Source of the DNA: Flavobacteriales bacterium
Lineage (GTDB): Bacteria > Bacteroidota > Bacteroidia > Palsa-965
Length of the DNA: 64,000 nt
Assembly: GCA_040377305.1 (NCBI GenBank)
Contig: JBEIPA010000019.1
Coordinates: forward strand, 1 to 64,000
Direction of reading: 5' to 3'
The notes beneath the pieces were generated by a model, which saw only the letters and a program-made list of their open reading frames with translations, did not search any database and was not told where the DNA came from. Shown here in pieces: positions 38,660-47,429 of the stretch; within the stretch, counting starts at the first letter, position 1; every line of letters starts with the position of its first letter. A program made the position numbers and the translations under genes.

Positions 38660-39348
38660 CCGCGCGCTGAAGCGACGCGGGTGCTCATGATTCTTTATGG
38701 CAATGGATCGCTCGGAATCCGCGGGCTGAAGCCACGCGGCTTTCAAGGCACTCAAACAACTGATGACGCTGGCATAATACATGAATCGACTTCATGCTCC
38801 CGCGCGCTGATGCGACACGGGTGCTCATGATTTTTATTGCAATGGATCGATCGGAATCCGCGGGCTGAAGCCACGCGGCTTTCAAGGCACTCAAACAACT
38901 GATCTCGATGGCTTAATACATGAATCGACTTCATGCTCCCGCGCGCTGAAGCGACGCGGGTGCTCATGATTCTTTATGGCAATGGATCGCTCGGAATCCG
39001 CGGGCTGAAGCCGCGCGGCTTTCAAGGCACTCAAACAACTGATGACGCTGGCTTAATACATGAATCGACTTCATGCTCCCGCGGGCTAAAGCCGCGCGGC
39101 TTTCATGATTTGGCAACAACCGACATGCGATTTTGACAACGTGACGTTTTCATCATTTGACTAATCACGGGATTATGACAGCCGCGAGGCATTCATGATT
39201 TGGCAACAACCGACATGCGATTTTGACGATGTGGTGTTTTCATCCTTTGACTATTCTCGGGTTTATTGACAGCCGCGCGGCTTCAGCCCGCGGCTAGGCA
39301 ACACAAAGTCCAAAATCATGACATGAGCAACGTGGGCTTCAGCCCGCG
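38660..39348. repeat. BIME-like mosaic of REP hairpins (3 x ~140 bp, 2 x ~90 bp, 2 inverted REPs)
   Basis: CCGCG(C/G)GCTGAAGC(G/C)ACGCGG-type hairpins at 38660, 38719, 38800, 38858, 38939, 38998, 39079; inverted copies at 39271 and 39331. Confidence 0.92.
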
Positions 39349-39361
39349 CTCTGGACGAATG

Positions 39362-39446
39362 ACTGCCACGCTGTCAGTATTGATTTTAACAATTTGACCA
39401 AACCTGCCAATCCTGCGTAAATCAGCCCATTGGCACCACTATTGAC
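39362..39446 (+). promoter_or_regulatory. Sigma54-like -24/-12 site plus upstream imperfect palindrome before dnaK
   Basis: TTGGCAC-CACTA-TTGA at 39430-39445; ACTGCCA-CGC-TGTCAGT at 39362-39378. Confidence 0.5.
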
Positions 39447-39493
39447 TATGTATTGACGTACTTAAAAAGCACTAAAACACAATACATACAGTC

Positions 39494-41410
39494 ATGGGAA
39501 AAATTATTGGAATCGATCTTGGAACAACGAACTCTTGCGTTGCAGTTATGGAGGGTAACGAGCCCGTTGTAATTCCAAACAGCGAAGGACGCAGAACAAC
39601 TCCGTCAATCGTTGCATTCGTAGAAAACGGAGAACGCAAGGTTGGTGATCCTGCAAAACGTCAGGCCATCACGAACCCACGCAAAACGATATACTCGATT
39701 AAGCGTTTCATGGGTCACACCTGGAATGAGGTCAATGCTGAAACATCACGTGTGCCTTACCAGATGGTACAGGGCGACAACAACACACCGCGTGTTCAGA
39801 TTGACGACAGAAAATATACGCCGCAGGAAATCTCTGCAATGATTCTTCAGAAGATGAAGAAGACTGCTGAAGATTACCTCGGCACGGAAGTGACGGAAGC
39901 AGTTATCACGGTACCTGCTTACTTCAACGATTCACAGCGTCAGGCTACGAAAGAAGCCGGTGAGATCGCTGGATTGAAAGTGCGTCGTATCATCAACGAG
40001 CCAACGGCAGCTGCTTTGGCTTATGGTCTCGACAAGAAAAGCCAGGATATGAAAATCGTGGTGTTTGACTGCGGTGGTGGTACGCATGACGTTTCAATTC
40101 TCGAATTAGGTGATGGCGTGTTCGAAGTAAAGTCCACTGATGGTGATACACACCTTGGTGGTGACGACTTCGATCAGAAGATCATCGACTGGCTCGTTGC
40201 AGAATTCAAATCGGAGAATGGCAACCTCGATCTTTCAAAAGATCCGATGGCGCTTCAACGTTTGAAAGAAGCAGCAGAGAAAGCGAAGATTGAATTGTCT
40301 TCATCTGCTTCAACAGAAATCAATCTGCCGTACATCATGCCGGTAGATGGAATTCCAAAACACTTAGTGCGCACACTTTCACGTGCGAAGTTTGAGCAAC
40401 TCGTTGACGATTTGATTCGTCGCACAATCGAGCCTTGCAAAACTGCACTCAAGAATTCAGGATATTCAATTGGTGATATCAACGAAGTAATTCTCGTTGG
40501 AGGTTCAACACGTATTCCTGCGATTCAGGAAGCGGTTCAGAAGTTCTTCAACAAAGCGCCTTCGAAAGGTGTAAACCCTGATGAAGTTGTTGCAGTAGGT
40601 GCAGCGATTCAAGGTGGTGTACTCACCGGAGAAGTGAAAGATGTATTGTTGCTTGATGTAACTCCGCTTTCACTCGGTATCGAAACATACGGTGGTGTAA
40701 TGACGAAACTCATCGATGCGAATACAACAATTCCTTCGAAGAAAACAGAAACGTTCTCAACGGCATCCGATTCTCAACCGAGTGTGGAGATCCACATTCT
40801 GCAGGGAGAACGTCCGATGGCAGCGCAGAACAGAACGATTGGTCGTTTCTCACTGGATGGAATTCCACCAGCACCGCGCGGAACACCGCAGATCGAAGTG
40901 TCGTTTGACATTGACGCGAACGGAATTCTTCAGGTGTCTGCAAAAGACAAGAACACCGGCAAGACGCAGAACATCCGCATCGAAGCAAGTTCAGGTCTTT
41001 CGAAAGATGAGATTGAAAAAATGAAGCGTGAAGCAGAAGCCAACGCCGATTCGGATAAGAAACTGAAAGAAGAAGCAGAGTCGCTCAACAAAGCAGACCA
41101 GCTCATCTTCCAGACCGAGAAAAACCTGAAAGAGTTCGGCGATAAAATTGCTGTAGATAAGAAAGAGCCGATTGAAACTGCGCTTGCAGAACTCAAGAAA
41201 GTTCACGAAGCGAAAGATATTCCGGCGATAGAACCAGCAGTTGCGAAATTGCAAGGTGTGTTGCAGGGAATGTATGAGGCGATGCAGAATGCGCAACAAC
41301 AACCGGGCGCTGATGGTCAGCAAGGAAATCCGCAAGGAGGAGAAGAAAAGAAAGGTGACGGAGAAGTGCAGGATGTGGATTTTGAAGAGGTGAAGGATGA
41401 GAAGAAGTAA
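39494..41410 (+). CDS. dnaK: Chaperone DnaK
   Basis: [53 protein letters not shown]. Confidence 0.99.
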   Translation: MGKIIGIDLGTTNSCVAVMEGNEPVVIPNSEGRRTTPSIVAFVENGERKVGDPAKRQAITNPRKTIYSIKRFMGHTWNEVNAETSRVPYQMVQGDNNTPRVQIDDRKYTPQEISAMILQKMKKTAEDYLGTEVTEAVITVPAYFNDSQRQATKEAGEIAGLKVRRIINEPTAAALAYGLDKKSQDMKIVVFDCGGGTHDVSILELGDGVFEVKSTDGDTHLGGDDFDQKIIDWLVAEFKSENGNLDLSKDPMALQRLKEAAEKAKIELSSSASTEINLPYIMPVDGIPKHLVRTLSRAKFEQLVDDLIRRTIEPCKTALKNSGYSIGDINEVILVGGSTRIPAIQEAVQKFFNKAPSKGVNPDEVVAVGAAIQGGVLTGEVKDVLLLDVTPLSLGIETYGGVMTKLIDANTTIPSKKTETFSTASDSQPSVEIHILQGERPMAAQNRTIGRFSLDGIPPAPRGTPQIEVSFDIDANGILQVSAKDKNTGKTQNIRIEASSGLSKDEIEKMKREAEANADSDKKLKEEAESLNKADQLIFQTEKNLKEFGDKIAVDKKEPIETALAELKKVHEAKDIPAIEPAVAKLQGVLQGMYEAMQNAQQQPGADGQQGNPQGGEEKKGDGEVQDVDFEEVKDEKK

Positions 41411-41507
41411 CCCTTCGACTCCGCTCAGGATAAATCTGCTAATGTGCTAATTGGTTAATGTGCTAAATGCGCGAAGCCGGGCATAAAAGTGAAGAGTGAA
41501 ATAAGTG

Positions 41508-41550
41508 AAGACCGCTACTGTGAGATGGAATCGAACGGTGGCGGTTTTTT
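41508..41550 (+). terminator. Putative dnaK terminator
   Basis: AGACCGCTACTGT...ACGGTGGCGGTTTTTT. Confidence 0.7.
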
Positions 41551-41596
41551 ACTGGTACGAAACAAAAACGCTGTAGAAGCTCAAATCAATTCCAAT

Positions 41597-42223
41597 ATGA
41601 ATGATCAATCAGTTAACGCAATCGACATACTCAATGGTGTCGACGCATTTTATCAATCGGCGTGGGACAAACTTCTAATCGTCGGCACTGTCTCATTTGC
41701 GGTAATCGGAATCCTAGTTCCATTCATGATACAGTGGTATCAAAGAAAAACAATGAAAATCAGTGAGGAGTTGTTGAAAAAGGAATTAGCCCAACAGACA
41801 ACGAATTCAAAAGAAGAAATACTCAAGGAACTTACAGCGATTCTCGACGAAAGAATAAAAACATTTGAAACAAAAATGGAACGACTCAATGCATCGGCTG
41901 AAGCCAAAGTATTTCATGTGCAAGGTACCGGTCACCTAAAAGAAGGGCTTTGGGGACATGCAATTGTGGACTATGTTAGTGCAGGACATTCATACCTAGC
42001 CTGTGACGATTTCTTTAATCTACGTCGCATTATTAATACAATTAATGACAGTTGTATTGACAAAGTATCGCTCGATGACTTAAATGATTTAAAAACTTCC
42101 AGTAATCTTGACCTCGCATACTTCTTGGATGAAATTGAAAAATTTGATGAAAAATATGTATTTACAGATGCGGTACGCGGAATAAGATTAAAAATCAGTA
42201 AGAAATCGAAGATACCATCTTAA
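41597..42223 (+). CDS. Hypothetical membrane protein (TM + coiled coil)
   Basis: AT-rich ORF; start moved to ATG 41597, downstream of the terminator. Confidence 0.7.
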   Translation: MNDQSVNAIDILNGVDAFYQSAWDKLLIVGTVSFAVIGILVPFMIQWYQRKTMKISEELLKKELAQQTTNSKEEILKELTAILDERIKTFETKMERLNASAEAKVFHVQGTGHLKEGLWGHAIVDYVSAGHSYLACDDFFNLRRIINTINDSCIDKVSLDDLNDLKTSSNLDLAYFLDEIEKFDEKYVFTDAVRGIRLKISKKSKIPS

Positions 42224-42311
42224 TCATCCACGCAAAGTGATTCCACGAAGTGCGAGAATCCGGATTTTCTGTCAACCCCAACCAGATATTAAGATCCAAT
42301 AAATAAGTTTC

Positions 42312-43091
42312 ATGACTGACCTCCGAAAATCCATCAACTCGATTCTCTATGAGCGAGCAACCAGTCCACTCTTTGGAACATTTGTTCTTACATGGTTAAT
42401 TTGGAATTGGAAGATTGTGTATTTGACATTTTTTGTTTCTGAGAATAAATTGGAAATAAACAAAGTGGAATATATTCTCCAAAACTACACAGATGTTGGT
42501 CACCTCGTAATTGGTCCATTAATTTCAACGGTTGTTCTGATTCTTTTGGTTCCATTCGCATCAAATGGAGCCTATTGGATATCTATTAAATTCGATAAAT
42601 GGAAATTGGATAAGAAAAATGATGTTGAAAAAAAGAAGTTGCTTACAATAGAACAATCACTTACTCTGCGACAAGCTATACAAGATCAAGCGAAAAATTT
42701 TGATGACCTCCTTGAAAACAAAAATCAGGAAATTGTTTTACTTCGTAAGCAGGTCGCAAATTTGGAATCGCAAGCCTTAAATGCCAATTCTCAGAATTCT
42801 AATGGAAATACAAGATTAGATTGGGACAATGAATATGAAGAACTCAAGAAAGTACCAGGCATGATTAAGGTGTTTGATGATATTGCTAAGGCGATTCAAC
42901 GTGTCTCCTATATGCAGGAAGCATTGAGCATGGCGGGCATCAAACCTGAACATGCAAACAATGTAATAAACTACTATGTGGGAAATGATTTAATTGAGCA
43001 GCGTGGTAATCAAGACATATACCAATGGACTATAAAAGGCAAACATTTTCTGAAGCGCCATGTGAATGAAAGGTTCGTGTCAGAGAAGTAA
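42312..43091 (+). CDS. Hypothetical membrane protein (2 TM + coiled coil + winged-helix-like C-terminus)
   Basis: ERATSPLFGTFVLTWLIWNWK; C-terminal GNDLIE..YQWTIKGKHFL; AT-rich. Confidence 0.75.
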   Translation: MTDLRKSINSILYERATSPLFGTFVLTWLIWNWKIVYLTFFVSENKLEINKVEYILQNYTDVGHLVIGPLISTVVLILLVPFASNGAYWISIKFDKWKLDKKNDVEKKKLLTIEQSLTLRQAIQDQAKNFDDLLENKNQEIVLLRKQVANLESQALNANSQNSNGNTRLDWDNEYEELKKVPGMIKVFDDIAKAIQRVSYMQEALSMAGIKPEHANNVINYYVGNDLIEQRGNQDIYQWTIKGKHFLKRHVNERFVSEK

Positions 43092-43355
43092 CTATTTTTA
43101 ATTCAATTGAGGCCACATTTATTTTCCAATAAAAACTTCATTTAGAATTGCAACATGGCTATCCGCAAGAAAGCACACATGCTCTCGCAGTTCTCGTCCG
43201 TCATCCATCGACTCCGTTCAGTCTGACATTGTACCACGGATAACCGCCGTGAATTCGATTCATCTGCTTTGTCGCCCTTAGGCTACGCTCAGTCTGACAA
43301 TGTACCCAAATGAGAATCTGGCTTGTTGCTTGAGACCAGTTTGCTAAATTGCATT

Positions 43356-43904
43356 GTGAACGCTGAACTTCTTGGAGTAGCTCCTCCTTCTGGTGAATTT
43401 CCTGAGTATCATTTCGGCGAGCACTTTGATTCGTGGTTGTGGGTGAAGTTCATGTCAAATGAAGGTGAGGAATGGGTTGGATGTTTTGCAAAAGGAAATG
43501 ATGGTGTAAAGTCGCATGTTGCATACAACAGCGCCGGCTCACGCGTATTCGTTGCCGCGGGTGGAAATGGTTATTTACTAGACACCCTTGAACGTAAACT
43601 AATCCTGCAGACGGAAGAATATCCTTTGATACAAAGCTGCATTGCTACGCAGAACCCAAACTATTTCATAGCTAGTACTTACTTTTCGTTTTACGTGATT
43701 CGTGAAGATGATAGTTTGTTGGAAATCCGACCGGAATTTATGGTCGACGGCATTCGTATCAAAGAACAAGTGGGAAATAAAGTGATTGGAGAAGTGGAGA
43801 CTGCAGAGAACCAGTATGAGAAGCCGGTTCCATTTGAGTTTGATTTGATAACGTTCCAGACAGAATTGAAGCATCCTAGAACTTTCTGGTCGTTTTTGAA
43901 ATGA
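43356..43904 (+). CDS. Hypothetical beta-rich protein
   Basis: Long ORF between REP copies; likely GTG start at 43356. Confidence 0.7.
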   Translation: MNAELLGVAPPSGEFPEYHFGEHFDSWLWVKFMSNEGEEWVGCFAKGNDGVKSHVAYNSAGSRVFVAAGGNGYLLDTLERKLILQTEEYPLIQSCIATQNPNYFIASTYFSFYVIREDDSLLEIRPEFMVDGIRIKEQVGNKVIGEVETAENQYEKPVPFEFDLITFQTELKHPRTFWSFLK

Positions 43905-44418
43905 GATCCGGCAATTTCAGTGTAACACCTGCGGAGAATTTCGACTCGTCTGCTTGTCCGCCTTCGGCTACGCGCATCCCGATAGCTATCAGTCTGACAA
44001 ACCGTATATATCCTGACCGCGATGTTGTTGCATTCCTTGTCATACTGAGCGTAGTCGAAGGATGATGGAGAAAGAAGCTGTGCGTTGAGGAATGAAACGG
44101 CAACCTCGTGCTTGTCCGCCTTCGACGCAGCTCAGTCTGACAAACCGTATATATCCTGACCGCGATGTTGTTGCATTCCTTGTCATACTGAGCGTAGTCG
44201 AAGGATGATGGAGAAAGAAGCTGGGTCGCAGGAGGAATGAAACGGCAACCTCGTGCTTGTCCGCCTTCGACTCCGCTCAGTCTGACAATGTGCCTGGAAC
44301 GAGACGAGGGTAAATCATAAAGGCTTGGAACAATTCAAACCGATCAGTCTAAGAAATTTGATTGGCCGAAATTGCACACATCCCGAGCGGAGACAAAGAG
44401 AATTGTACTTTAGCAGTA

Positions 44419-44985
44419 ATGAATTTGCTCTCACGGCACAAGCAACTTATTCCTGTCCTGATTCTCACACTTCTGAGCATCTGGACTGCTTTCAGAATTA
44501 TTTTCACCAAAACTGTGGTTGGCGATACTGTCACCACTTACGATTTCATTCCAGCACACTACTTCGGATTTATCGCTGTTGCCGTGTGCATCTTCACGTA
44601 TTTCGTTTTCAGAAAAGCGTACAAAGTTGTGCTGGGTGCGACGTTGGTACTGGGCATATTTTCTGTGCTCATTTTTACACTATCAGCGCATATTTTTGAA
44701 TTAGGCATGGGTGCACTTGCCGTATCATTTGAACCGTTCTCGTTTTGCGTCTCATTGCTCGTAGTCGCGTTGAATGGGAACCGGATTTCTGAAATGATAC
44801 GAAAGAATTTTCCCGCGAAAACTCAGGAAACCATCAAAGATGAATTTGAAAGTGATCTTCGCAAGTACAAAGCACAGTACCGACATTCTTCCAGTGAAGA
44901 ACTGCAGAAAGTGGTGAATGATGCGCGTTTCAAACCGGGTGCGATTGAGGCGGCGAGACAGGTGTTGAAAGAGCGCGTTAAGTAA
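44419..44985 (+). CDS. Hypothetical membrane protein
   Basis: About four TM segments and a short soluble C-terminus; likely ATG 44419. Confidence 0.7.
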   Translation: MNLLSRHKQLIPVLILTLLSIWTAFRIIFTKTVVGDTVTTYDFIPAHYFGFIAVAVCIFTYFVFRKAYKVVLGATLVLGIFSVLIFTLSAHIFELGMGALAVSFEPFSFCVSLLVVALNGNRISEMIRKNFPAKTQETIKDEFESDLRKYKAQYRHSSSEELQKVVNDARFKPGAIEAARQVLKERVK

Positions 44986-45010
44986 CTCGTTTCGTACTTT
45001 CATATCGTCA

Positions 45011-45478
45011 ATGGAAACAAAACTTTACACCGATTTCTCTAACGACACTGCACTCCGATCTTTGATCGAAGAGTACATCTCCTCCCTCCCCTTCCCCATC
45101 GACTACCAAAGTCCCGAAAAAGAACTTGAGGATTTAGGAGCCGTGTACGGAGAAGCTGGCGGTGGTGCACTTTTCGTTGCGCATGTTGGCAATGAATATG
45201 CAGGCTGTGTTGCACTGAAAGACATCGGCGATGGTCGTTGTGAAATGAAACGGCTTTATGTGCGGGAAAAATATCGCGGACAAAATCTCGGAAGAAGACT
45301 CGCAGAACAAATTGTAGCGCGCGCTAAAGAAATGGGATACAACTTCATGTATCTCGACACGCATCGGGAGGCACAAAAAGTGGCGATTGAAATGTATAAG
45401 AAGATGGGATTCATCGAATGCGCAGACTATCACCTTAACCCGGGAAATCTACTGTGCCTCGAATTTGACTTAAGGTAA
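45011..45478 (+). CDS. GNAT N-acetyltransferase
   Basis: GCVALK..CEMKRLYVREKYRGQNLGRRL..LDT..AIEMYKKMGF. Confidence 0.92.
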   Translation: METKLYTDFSNDTALRSLIEEYISSLPFPIDYQSPEKELEDLGAVYGEAGGGALFVAHVGNEYAGCVALKDIGDGRCEMKRLYVREKYRGQNLGRRLAEQIVARAKEMGYNFMYLDTHREAQKVAIEMYKKMGFIECADYHLNPGNLLCLEFDLR

Positions 45479-45555
45479 TAACACCACGGCTACCGTCATC
45501 GCGATCCCGATAGCTATCGGGAGAAGCGATCCCACAAGGCGGAAACGTGGTGTTA
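45479..45555. repeat. Composite palindrome containing TCCCGATAGCTATCGGGA
   Basis: 10-bp outer IR TAACACCACG/CGTGGTGTTA; perfect 18-bp palindrome at 45505-45522. Confidence 0.8.
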
Positions 45556-45625
45556 CGAAACGTTGAGCGGTCAACCGAGCCGTGGTGTCTCAATGACGTT
45601 CACCGCTTTTGTAGTATATTCGGGT

Positions 45626-46231
45626 ATGTCTTCTCAAGCCCGAAACAATAAAATCGCCTCCATCATCGCTGGCGTGTTCTTTCTACTCGTATCTGCAGCA
45701 CTTTTCTACGTCACATTTTCTCTTCGCTCAGAAGCGCAGGGACGTGATTTGAAAGTTGGTTTACAGGAACTCGCTACCGGACAAGTTACTTACGGAGATT
45801 ATCTCGTGGTTGAAGACACAGGTGCTGTTATTTCAGCAGCGGCCAATATTTCAGATGAAACCGGAAAGCCTGTTGGATACGCGTTCATGTTGAATGGTAT
45901 GACGAATTATGTTTTCCTGGTTGGACTCGCAGAACAACTGGAAGACACGCTTGGGAATCCTATTACGAAGATTGGTCCGGGAGTGATGATGCCGACAGCT
46001 TTCTATGCGCGCGTGAATACACAGAGTGAGCCAGGTCCGATTGGTGCAGAAGATTTCGCGATACAAAACGGATTGAGCACGGGACAACAGTTTTTTGTTT
46101 TGCAGACCGGAGTGACGAAAGGTGATACAACCGTGCCGTTTATCCTGACGCTTGCATTTGGGATAATTGGAGTTATTTTCTCGATTGGTAGTTGGTGGGG
46201 ATTGGTGAAGAAAAATAAGGCTACAAAGTAG
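45626..46231 (+). CDS. Hypothetical membrane protein (N- and C-terminal TM)
   Basis: ATG 45626 just after a TATATTCG box. Confidence 0.7.
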   Translation: MSSQARNNKIASIIAGVFFLLVSAALFYVTFSLRSEAQGRDLKVGLQELATGQVTYGDYLVVEDTGAVISAAANISDETGKPVGYAFMLNGMTNYVFLVGLAEQLEDTLGNPITKIGPGVMMPTAFYARVNTQSEPGPIGAEDFAIQNGLSTGQQFFVLQTGVTKGDTTVPFILTLAFGIIGVIFSIGSWWGLVKKNKATK

Positions 46232-46335
46232 AACGCGAACTTCACGTCTTAAACACACTTTTGAATTTCTATCGCAGAGGCAACGCAGAGAAGTTTATGG
46301 AAAACTAAGCATACAGGCATCTTAAAACCGAACGT

Positions 46336-46650
46336 ATGAACTACCAACAACCCTATTACGATCCGAACCAGCAATCACCAGACTCTAAACAGGAGAAGGT
46401 GAATTCCATCTGGAAGATTTTTGCAGCCGTATATGTGCTTGCGGCATTGGGATTAGTTTTTTACTGGGAATTCTACAATTCCGGACTGTGTGTGATGGTA
46501 CGCGAATGGCAGGGCTACCTGATGGACGACGGATATTATCCGGCTTTGGATATTCTCTTAAGCTTGCTGATGCTCCTGGTACCGTTGTTTGTGGCGAAAT
46601 TTATTGTGGAGAAGGTGACTGGCGTGAAAATTGAAGGGTACCGGAAATAA
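46336..46650 (+). CDS. Small hypothetical membrane protein
   Basis: 104 aa, two TM helices. Confidence 0.65.
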   Translation: MNYQQPYYDPNQQSPDSKQEKVNSIWKIFAAVYVLAALGLVFYWEFYNSGLCVMVREWQGYLMDDGYYPALDILLSLLMLLVPLFVAKFIVEKVTGVKIEGYRK

Positions 46651-46681
46651 CCGTCGAATGTCAGCGATGCAAAGAAAATAT

Positions 46682-47383
46682 ATGAACCGTCTATTATTTA
46701 CCATTGTTTTAATCTTCGCATCCCTTTCGGGTGAATTAGTTGCCCAGCAGAGCAATCTGTCCACCAATGTTCCGGCATTACGCAAGCAAGTATTCAGTGA
46801 ATACACGCCACTGGCAGACGTAAGAACATACGCGTTTGACACGTCTGCCCTAATTGCTTTCTCGAATGGATTTCTTGTTTCGAAAGAAGAGTTCATGCAC
46901 GCGTTTAATGCTGCTCCAAGAAGAGATTCATCGCTGGCAACGAAAACGAAATATCTGGATGAATATATCCTGAATCATCAGCGCATGTTTGAAGCGTTTG
47001 AGATGAACCTCGACACGTCGAAAGATTTCCAGCTAAACTTTCTCTTGTTCAAGCAGGAACTGATTACTCCTTATCTCAATGAAGGCAAGTCGCGCGTGGA
47101 AGCTGAGGCATTGCCGGAAGTGAAGTATTCATTGCGCGAAAAGTACGAGAAGATGATTCTGAAAGAACTGATGCGACGTGAAGTGTGGTCGAAAGCGAAT
47201 GATGAAGGAGATCAGAAAACGTTCTTCTATTCACATCCGGAGTTGTACCAGGGACAACCATTCGAGATTTCGAAGACGAAAGTGGTGTTTGATTATCAGA
47301 AGGAATTGGAGTCAGCATTAAATGCTCGAGTGCAGAGCAAATTTGCTTTTGCGAAGAACGACAAACTTGTCAGAGAACTTTAA
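46682..47383 (+). CDS. SurA-like chaperone core lacking parvulin domains
   Basis: Signal peptide; VSKEEF..YLDEYI..LDTSKDF..PYL joined directly to REVWSKA..VVFDYQKELE. Confidence 0.55.
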   Translation: MNRLLFTIVLIFASLSGELVAQQSNLSTNVPALRKQVFSEYTPLADVRTYAFDTSALIAFSNGFLVSKEEFMHAFNAAPRRDSSLATKTKYLDEYILNHQRMFEAFEMNLDTSKDFQLNFLLFKQELITPYLNEGKSRVEAEALPEVKYSLREKYEKMILKELMRREVWSKANDEGDQKTFFYSHPELYQGQPFEISKTKVVFDYQKELESALNARVQSKFAFAKNDKLVREL

Positions 47384-47429
47384 TTGTCATTGTCATCCTC
47401 GGGCTGAAACCGCGCGCTGGACCAATCTC

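Larger units (their letters stand above)
41411..44287. repeat. REP-like family CCTTCGACTCCGCTCAG(TCTGACA): 8 copies, including a ~144-bp tandem of inverted pairs at 43961-44287
   Basis: Forward at 41411, 43205, 43275, 43961, 44119, 44264; reverse at 44038, 44181. Confidence 0.88.

Noticed and set aside
38645-39136. Short ORFs inside the repeat mosaic (also 32243..32458, 32550..32885, 43876..44103)
   Set aside because: Translations of palindromic repeats with no protein-like features
38660-39348. CRISPR array
   Set aside because: The sequences between hairpins are themselves repeated rather than unique, orientation flips at the end, and no cas genes are present
41489-41596. N-terminal extensions in the ORF track (also at 955, 14006, 43323, 44362, 45563, 46631, 50203, 53686)
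   Set aside because: They overlap terminators, promoter boxes or neighbouring genes; downstream starts fit better
43961-44287. CRISPR array
   Set aside because: Inverted repeat pairs with near-identical linkers; BIME-like
41411-47383. Integron cassette array
   Set aside because: No integrase and no recognisable attC core-site structure between the genes
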